11,564 nt of DNA from a virus (taxonomy: Duplodnaviria; Heunggongvirae; Uroviricota; Caudoviricetes), in IMG/VR virus record IMGVR_UViG_3300011952_000007, one strand, 5' to 3'. The translations under genes were made by a program, and so were the position numbers. This document shows, one piece after another, positions 6,701 through 11,564 of the stretch (positions are counted from its first letter, which is position 1; every line of letters begins with the position of its first letter). The notes under the pieces are model-generated. The model searched no databases, was not told the DNA's origin, and saw nothing but the letters and a program-made list of their open reading frames with translations.

Positions 6701-7511
6701 GGTTGAAGTTATCACTCCTGATAAACCTGAAATTTTTCAGATAGCAGAAATTCTGGGTATTGATCCAGATGCTGTTCTTGGAAAGCTGGTTCGTATATGG
6801 GCATGGGCTGACCAGCAAACAATAGACGGTAACGCTGGCAGCGTTACAAAAGGAGTACTTGATAGACTCGCTTTTATTACAGGATTTGCTGACGCCCTCA
6901 TTAGCGTCGGATGGCTTGCTTATCATGACGGCAAACTAATTCTTCCAAACTTTGAGCGACACAATGGAGAATCATCGAAAAAACGTGCACTTACGAATAG
7001 AAGAGTGGCAGAGCATCGAAAACGAGTAACGCAAAAAGTAACGCCAACAGCGTTACAAAAGGAGTTACCAGAGGAAGAGGAAGAGGAAGATATATATAAA
7101 ACCCCACACATAGCGCACGTGCGCGAGGGTGCTCCGACCAGTGAAGCGAACGGTATGCCGTTGCAGGTGGCTGAACCTGAATTTCTGGATGGCCTGAGTG
7201 AACCCATCGGGAAATTTCCGATGACCGATGGCTGGCATCCGTCGCCGGATTTTCGACGGCGTGCTGCGCTGTGGGGAACGGCCCTGCCGGAACCGGAATT
7301 TACACCTGCTGAACTTGCTGCATTCCGGGATTACTGGATGGCTGAGGGCAAAGTGTTCACGCAGGTTCAGTGGGAACAAAAATTCGCCAGGCACGTAAAT
7401 CATATCAGGGGAAAATCAAAAAACGCCGGGAAAAGCGATGAGCTTGACTGGAATAACACTGACTGGATAGAAGGGGTGTGGGATGAAATCAACTCCAGAA
7501 CTTCTCAATGA
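6681..7511 (+). CDS. Replication initiator (O-like position) with DnaT-like C-terminal domain
   Basis: C-terminal GKFPMTDGWHPSPDFRRRAALWGTALPEPEFTPAELAAFRDYWMAEGKVFTQVQWEQKFARHV matches E. coli DnaT as recalled ([29 protein letters not shown]...[20 protein letters not shown]). GAGGGG Shine-Dalgarno before ATG 6681. A Glu-rich linker (EEEEEED) separates the two halves. Confidence 0.8.
   Translation: MASSWIKVEVITPDKPEIFQIAEILGIDPDAVLGKLVRIWAWADQQTIDGNAGSVTKGVLDRLAFITGFADALISVGWLAYHDGKLILPNFERHNGESSKKRALTNRRVAEHRKRVTQKVTPTALQKELPEEEEEEDIYKTPHIAHVREGAPTSEANGMPLQVAEPEFLDGLSEPIGKFPMTDGWHPSPDFRRRAALWGTALPEPEFTPAELAAFRDYWMAEGKVFTQVQWEQKFARHVNHIRGKSKNAGKSDELDWNNTDWIEGVWDEINSRTSQ
6829..7065. repeat. 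Two copies of palindrome GTAACGC-N5-GCGTTAC followed by AAAAGGAGT (6829-6856 and 7038-7065), plus an extra AGTAACGC (7025-7032)
   Basis: An exact 18-bp direct repeat cagcgttacaaaaggagt at 6839-6856 and 7048-7065, read in different frames in the two copies. Followed by (GAGGAA)x3 and atatatataaaa (7071-7100). Confidence 0.55.
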
Positions 7512-8321
7512 GTACGATCGCTTACGTGAGCATGGTGTTGCTGTGCATGAAGAGCGGCGTGACAGCAATGGCAAAAAGGAGCAGGTCGCTAGAATTTTCA
7601 ATGAACTATTTGTCCAGTTACAGGCTGCATTTCCCGCAAGCGTTTCGACCATAAGGGAGCAGAACAAACTTAATGAATTCCGTAAGCAATGGATGCTTGC
7701 GTTTCTGGAGAATGGGATCACTACAATGGAACAGGTTAACGCTGGTATGCGCCACGCCCGCGCCAGTGAGTCTCCGTTCTGGCCGTCGCCAGGGCAATTC
7801 ATCAAGTGGTGTAAAGACAGCAAGATGGTTCTTGGCGTCACCATTGACGATGTGATGGCAGAGTTTCACCGGTACAGCAAGGAAAAAAGTTTATATCCTG
7901 GTGGTCCCGAANNNNNNNNNNCGTTTCTGGCCGCCTGCGCCAGCTGCGCGTCGGTGACCTGATCGGCGTAGCTGCCAAACGCCCCTACCGCGTTGCTGTA
8001 GTTAAGCGCCAGCTTAGCGAGATTGAGGTTGAGAAACACGCGCGCAGGCTGCTCGATGATTGGGCGAAAAAGGTGGCTTCCGGACAGCAGATACCCGATC
8101 CGGTGATCAGCATACAGGCAAAGCCAGAACCCATGAGTACGCCTCCGGACACAGGGAGAGACGTTTACCATCCACCAGGGCGAAGTTTCGGGTGCATGCC
8201 TAACGCCGCCACCCTTGGGGGAATAACACCGGCGCAGTGGCTGATGGAGGAATACAGGCGGGGGAAGGCCGGAGGAGTTATTAAGAAAGGCAGGTTTTAT
8301 CAAGTAATACCAGCGCGATAG
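7483..8321 (+). CDS. Lambda P-like replication protein, helicase loader (interrupted by N run 7912-7921)
   Basis: KEQVARIFNELFVQLQAAFPASVSTIREQNKLNEFRKQWMLAFLENGITTMEQVNAGMRHARASESPFWPSPGQFIKWC matches lambda P as recalled (QVAQIINGVFSQLLATFPASLANRDQNEVNEIRRQWVLAFRENGITTMEQVNAGMRVARRQNRPFLPSPGQFVAWC). After the gap an open frame continues to TAG 8319-8321 and contains GQQIPDPV (lambda P GEAIPEPV). Confidence 0.75.
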
Positions 8322-8333
8322 CGCATTTTTTTA
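8313..8333 (+). terminator. Weak terminator-like element after the P-like gene
   Basis: GCGC-gata-GCGC 4-bp stem followed by ATTTTTTT. The stem is short. Confidence 0.3.
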
Positions 8334-8343
8334 CGTCTCGATA

Positions 8344-8360
8344 ATTACCTGTGAGGTAAT
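8344..8360. promoter_or_regulatory. Operator O3-2 (ATTACC-tgtga-GGTAAT)
   Basis: Perfect 6-bp arms, 18 bp upstream of -35 TTGATT. Confidence 0.6.
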
Positions 8361-8378
8361 AAAATATTCTAAACTCTA

Positions 8379-8407
8379 TTGATTTCGTGTCTTATGTGGT
8401 TTTTAAT
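8379..8407 (+). promoter_or_regulatory. Repressor-controlled internal promoter upstream of the ead/nin-like block
   Basis: -35 TTGATT (8379-8384), 17-nt spacer, -10 TTTAAT (8402-8407), flanked by operators O3-2 and O3-1. Confidence 0.5.
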
Positions 8408-8422
8408 TACCTCAGGGGTAAA
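8406..8422. promoter_or_regulatory. Operator O3-1 (ATTACC-tcagg-GGTAAa)
   Basis: Overlaps the -10 and the Shine-Dalgarno of the gene at 8425; centred 62 bp from O3-2, the same spacing as OL-1/OL-2. Confidence 0.6.
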
Positions 8423-8424
8423 TT

Positions 8425-8769
8425 ATGAGAAAACAGATACAGGCTCTTGGTCGACTCAAAACAGGCCAGATGAACAAAACAGAATCTGCGTATTGCCAGC
8501 ACCTTGAGCTGCGTAAACGTGCAGGGGAAATCGCCTGGTATCGATTTGAGGGTATCAAGCTGCGATTAGCTGACAACACGTTCTATACGCCCGATTTTGC
8601 TGTGATGCTCGCCACCGGCGAGATGGAACTGCACGAAGTGAAAGGTTTCTGGACCGACGACGCCAGGGTGAAAACCAAAGTCGCCGCAGATCAGTATCCG
8701 TTCCGAATCATCGGGGTAACGGTTAAACCAAAGAAAGCAGGTGGTGGCTGGAACATCGAAGAGTTCTGA
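8425..8769 (+). CDS. Small phage protein with a PD-(D/E)XK-like motif, putative nuclease fold
   Basis: TPDFAVMLATGEMELHEVKG carries PD ... E-x-K spacing. AGGGG Shine-Dalgarno before the ATG. Family name not assigned with certainty. Confidence 0.55.
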   Translation: MRKQIQALGRLKTGQMNKTESAYCQHLELRKRAGEIAWYRFEGIKLRLADNTFYTPDFAVMLATGEMELHEVKGFWTDDARVKTKVAADQYPFRIIGVTVKPKKAGGGWNIEEF

Positions 8770-8830
8770 ATCGACGATCTTTTTAGTTATCAATGTAATC
8801 AATAAGTTATGTGGATAAGCGAGGGTAAAG

Positions 8831-9379
8831 ATGGAAAGTAATATCAAAGGGTTAGTTGCCGCCGGGCATGAGATGGCTTCGGAACTGAAAGCAGAATGTG
8901 GTGCCGTTGATATGCGTAGTGTGGCAAAACTGATCAGCGATTTGGCAACGCAACTGGAAGTGCAACTGGTGCGTGCTAATGCGCTGGCAGCGGAGAATGC
9001 GGGGCTGAAACACGCAATGGCTGTAACTCTTGATCATGTGTCGGTCACGGATGCAGGGCAGGCTGGTGTTGCTGCAATGATTATCAACGATGCCCTACAC
9101 CACAGCGAAACTCCAGCTACCGATGCTTTTCTGGCTGAAATTCGTGCGGAAGCACGCAACGAGGGGATTAACTATACCGCCAGCCGTCTTGCTGCTGCGT
9201 TCAATCACGGATTTATCAATAAGTCTTTGCGTGAAGTTTTCGACGTTACACGCATGATTTTGTCAGCGAAAGAAGAGTTGGCTAATGAACCGCATCCGAT
9301 TGATGGCCTGTCTGGTGAATATGCGGAGAAATCCCTGGAAGAATGGGCGGAACAGATTCGCAAAGGAGTTCAGTCATGA
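8831..9379 (+). CDS. Hypothetical phage protein with predicted coiled-coil N-terminus (182 aa)
   Basis: GAGGGTAAAG precedes the ATG. The stop overlaps the next start (ATGA, 9376-9379). Confidence 0.55.
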   Translation: MESNIKGLVAAGHEMASELKAECGAVDMRSVAKLISDLATQLEVQLVRANALAAENAGLKHAMAVTLDHVSVTDAGQAGVAAMIINDALHHSETPATDAFLAEIRAEARNEGINYTASRLAAAFNHGFINKSLREVFDVTRMILSAKEELANEPHPIDGLSGEYAEKSLEEWAEQIRKGVQS

Positions 9380-9615
9380 GCATCCGAACTGAACATGGAT
9401 TTGGTCCGTCAACGGTCGAAGTCGAATGGCTTGATGATTGCCCTAAGTGCCAGCACGGCAAAGCCAAGGTAACAGGATGGTCGGTAACCAAAGATTCTTT
9501 GAGGGCGGGTGATGAGGCCGTCTGTTCCAAATGCGGTCACANNNNNNNNNNCGAAATCGATGCTGATGGAGAGAATGCCTGGGTGGAATGGGACGAAATC
9601 GAGGAGGCACAATGA
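9376..9615 (+). CDS. Zinc-ribbon protein (CPKC ... CSKC), interrupted by N run 9542-9551
   Basis: Two CxxC pairs (DCPKCQHG and VCSKCGH). AAGGAG Shine-Dalgarno 7 nt before ATG 9376. ATGA overlap with the next gene at 9612-9615. Confidence 0.55.
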   Translation: MSIRTEHGFGPSTVEVEWLDDCPKCQHGKAKVTGWSVTKDSLRAGDEAVCSKCGHXXXXEIDADGENAWVEWDEIEEAQ

Positions 9616-10409
9616 GCAATATCGACACACTGGCGCTGCGTGAGGCGGCAGAACGTGCAACTCCAGCAATGGAACGCCTGTTAATGTTGCCAGCTGATGA
9701 TGATTTGTTAAGTGAACAGGAACTTAAAGATTACGGTGTGGATATTGATGCGCTCAACGCCTTCAAATTTCTGACCGGACCAGAAACCGTGCTGGCACTA
9801 CTGGATGAACGGGAAAGAAACCAGCAATACATCAAACGCCGCGACCAGGAGAACGAGGATATTGCGCTAACGGTAGGGAAGCTGTTAATCGAAAACGGTC
9901 AGCTTGTTGCCGATACGCTACGCCACTTAGCTGATAACGAAATCGACTCTGATTATTTTGCTATCACCTCAACGAATGAGAACGGTACTGAAATTGATCA
10001 TGAGATGGCTATTACCGATTACGCACTGCAAGCTGCCGGAACTGTAGACGAGTTGATAGCAGCGCTGGAAGCCGCAGAGAAGCGCAACGCAAAATTACAA
10101 AGCGAGAATGCATACATCCGCAACAGGTACAAAGAACTGGACCTATTAATCGGGAAAAACATTCTGGTCATGCAGGCTGCGATTATCGAATGGCAGGCAA
10201 CTGGCGACGCTAAGAGCGGACTGGCATGGATTTATAACACACTGTTTGGCCCTGGCGAATTGCCGGACGAATCTGAGAAAGATGCTCAGGCCTACTTTAA
10301 TCGCAAATATGCACCGATTGACGAAAAGCTCATGGAGCTTCACAAGTGGTTTTGGGAACAAAGTGAAGCCGAGCGCGCCGCTGGTATTCACATAAAAGGA
10401 GGTGAGTAG
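9612..10409 (+). CDS. Ea22-like (ead region) protein
   Basis: N-terminus MSNIDTLALREAAERATP... and PETVLALLDERE resemble ead/Ea22-like prophage proteins as I recall them. GAGGAGG Shine-Dalgarno. Confidence 0.6.
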   Translation: MSNIDTLALREAAERATPAMERLLMLPADDDLLSEQELKDYGVDIDALNAFKFLTGPETVLALLDERERNQQYIKRRDQENEDIALTVGKLLIENGQLVADTLRHLADNEIDSDYFAITSTNENGTEIDHEMAITDYALQAAGTVDELIAALEAAEKRNAKLQSENAYIRNRYKELDLLIGKNILVMQAAIIEWQATGDAKSGLAWIYNTLFGPGELPDESEKDAQAYFNRKYAPIDEKLMELHKWFWEQSEAERAAGIHIKGGE

Positions 10410-10582
10410 TGCGTGTGGCATGTATCGGCTTGTTACCGGACCCGACTCGTTTTTGGGCTTCTGCGCTAATTGCAAAGCCGCATGTCCTGATGGCTGACAT
10501 GATCATTCCGGCACCGAAACGCCGTACAGGCGTTGCAGCGGCGAAACGAGCAGCAAAGAAACGCAGGAGAGCAAAACGATGA
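10409..10582 (+). CDS. Possible small basic protein (57 aa, GTG start)
   Basis: AGGAGG sits 6 nt before GTG 10409. C-terminus KRRTGVAAAKRAAKKRRRAKR. The stop overlaps the next ATG (ATGA). No homology recognised; may be non-coding. Confidence 0.25.
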   Translation: MRVACIGLLPDPTRFWASALIAKPHVLMADMIIPAPKRRTGVAAAKRAAKKRRRAKR

Positions 10583-10767
10583 AAAACCGTAAAGCAAAAA
10601 TCCTATTAGCTCGCAGAAACGGTGTTGGGGTCTGGCGATGGGTGAGGATTAGTAACAGACGGTTGAGGCTTACGGGGTTTTTAGGGGTGATGGGGCACAG
10701 CTGTTGCAAAAAGCCCAGCGCGGCGCAAAACCGATGGAAAAACCACTTGCGCACTAAAGGAGAGTGA
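10579..10767 (+). CDS. Possible small Arg-rich protein (62 aa)
   Basis: ORF in the track; no clear Shine-Dalgarno; composition is basic and Trp-rich. Confidence 0.3.
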   Translation: MKNRKAKILLARRNGVGVWRWVRISNRRLRLTGFLGVMGHSCCKKPSAAQNRWKNHLRTKGE

Positions 10768-10768
10768 G

Positions 10769-10960
10769 ATGAACGGACAAATATCAATTGTTCGACCGGG
10801 AGCATGTGACGATCGCGAGATACGAATGATTATTCGTCTGGCAATGGGGAAAACAATAACTGCTCTCATTACTCCTGAAAATCTCGCATTAGCATTAACA
10901 GGAAAGTCAGACCTGCCAGTAGAGCTAAAGCTGCGAAACGTTGAGATTAAAGTGAAATAG
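10769..10960 (+). CDS. Hypothetical protein (63 aa)
   Basis: AAGGAG Shine-Dalgarno 6 nt before the ATG; compact spacing to neighbours. Confidence 0.5.
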   Translation: MNGQISIVRPGACDDREIRMIIRLAMGKTITALITPENLALALTGKSDLPVELKLRNVEIKVK

Positions 10961-10962
10961 TT

Positions 10963-11532
10963 ATGAATACTCTTACCAAAGAATGGTTACAGAACACGAT
11001 TACCAGCATTGAGTCAGCACGGGATGAAATACCGTTCGGACTCGATGAAGATCAAAACAACATGCTTACCGCATTAAAAATTGCACTGGCATCGCTGGAA
11101 GCCGAACCTGTAAGCCAGACTTACAACTTGCCAGAATTAATCGAAGGGATGGAAGTTTCCATTGATGTAAGCACTTGTGATGCTGATTTAGGTAATCGCT
11201 ATTTCGGCACCGTCACCGAGGCGTTAGAACTTGATACTGCCAAGAATGGTTACATCCTCCTGGTTCAGGACGCAGAGCCAAACTTCGATGTAAATGGCAA
11301 CTCTCCGGTAACTCCGGATGGTTGGATAAGCTGTAGTGAGCGGACGCCTGAGAGCATTCCCGGAAGTTGTAAAGAGTATCTGGTGTTTGATGCGCTTAAT
11401 AATAAAGTTCATCACGATTACTGGGTTGTCCCTGATGGAGACAGTGCGCCAGTTGCGTCGTTCTGGAATCATTACGGGGCACATGTAACTCACTGGATGC
11501 CTCTACCAGAACCGCCGCAGGAGGCGAAGTGA
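10963..11532 (+). CDS. DUF551-like phage protein
   Basis: C-terminal WISCSERTPE...YLVFD...VASFWNHYGAHVTHWMPLPEPP matches the DUF551 C-terminal signature (...THWMPLPEPP) as recalled. Confidence 0.65.
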   Translation: MNTLTKEWLQNTITSIESARDEIPFGLDEDQNNMLTALKIALASLEAEPVSQTYNLPELIEGMEVSIDVSTCDADLGNRYFGTVTEALELDTAKNGYILLVQDAEPNFDVNGNSPVTPDGWISCSERTPESIPGSCKEYLVFDALNNKVHHDYWVVPDGDSAPVASFWNHYGAHVTHWMPLPEPPQEAK

Positions 11533-11564
11533 TGGACTCCTTCGCGAAATATACGATTATTGAC
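11532..11564 (+). CDS. Start of a further gene (MDSFAKYTIID...), truncated by the window end
   Basis: ATG 11532 overlaps the previous TGA (TGATG) with AGGAGG 7 nt upstream. Confidence 0.35.
   Translation, partial: MDSFAKYTIID

Noticed and set aside
6330-6926. Minus-strand ORFs 6330-6518 and 6540-6926
   Set aside because: They overlap the terminator, the candidate promoter region and the 5' end of the replication gene in antisense; low-complexity translation; likely spurious.
7071-7090. (GAGGAA)x3 repeat as a possible simple-sequence element
   Set aside because: It encodes the Glu-rich linker (EEEEEED) of the replication initiator in frame; treated as part of the coding sequence and the origin context rather than a separate feature.
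7416-8303. Minus-strand ORFs 7416-7844, 7618-7869 and 7866-8303
   Set aside because: They lie antisense to the lambda P-like gene, which has clear homology on the plus strand, and lack Shine-Dalgarno context or recognisable motifs; most likely spurious.
318-9551. Five runs of N (318-327, 1434-1443, 4745-4836, 7912-7921, 9542-9551)
   Set aside because: These are masked or unresolved bases, not biology. Each falls inside a gene, so frames and lengths across them are uncertain and ORFs on either side were merged by homology rather than by reading frame.
10146-10869. Minus-strand ORFs 10146-10475, 10503-10805 and 10681-10869
   Set aside because: Translations are hydrophobic and low-complexity, antisense to better-supported plus-strand genes; likely spurious.
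1-11564. CRISPR array, tRNA or rRNA genes, or insertion-sequence ends
   Set aside because: No regularly spaced direct repeats with unique spacers, no tRNA-like cloverleaf candidates and no terminal inverted repeats with a transposase ORF were seen. The only repeats are the operators, the origin-like palindromes and the 33-bp coding repeat.

Overview
This window reads as the left arm of an enterobacterial lambdoid prophage, with a candidate two-gene DNA-modification cassette as the most interesting feature. All calls come from reading the sequence and ORF translations by eye; no database search or computation was run. Layout, left to right: the 3' end of a P4-family tyrosine integrase (+ strand, 1-248); a minus-strand accessory cassette (451-2497) encoding an MT-A70-type adenine methyltransferase coupled to a DndB-like DGQHR protein; an AlpA-family regulator; a RecE/RecT recombination module with two small upstream genes; an immunity switch (two-HTH repressor without a peptidase domain, divergent Cro-like gene, operators between); replication genes (DnaT-like initiator, lambda P-like loader); and an ead/nin-like block (PD-(D/E)XK protein, zinc-ribbon protein, Ea22-like protein, DUF551 protein). 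A palindromic motif ATTACC-N5-GGTAAT recurs eight times, only in intergenic regions. Five N runs (318-327, 1434-1443, 4745-4836, 7912-7921, 9542-9551) each fall inside a gene, so frames across them are uncertain.
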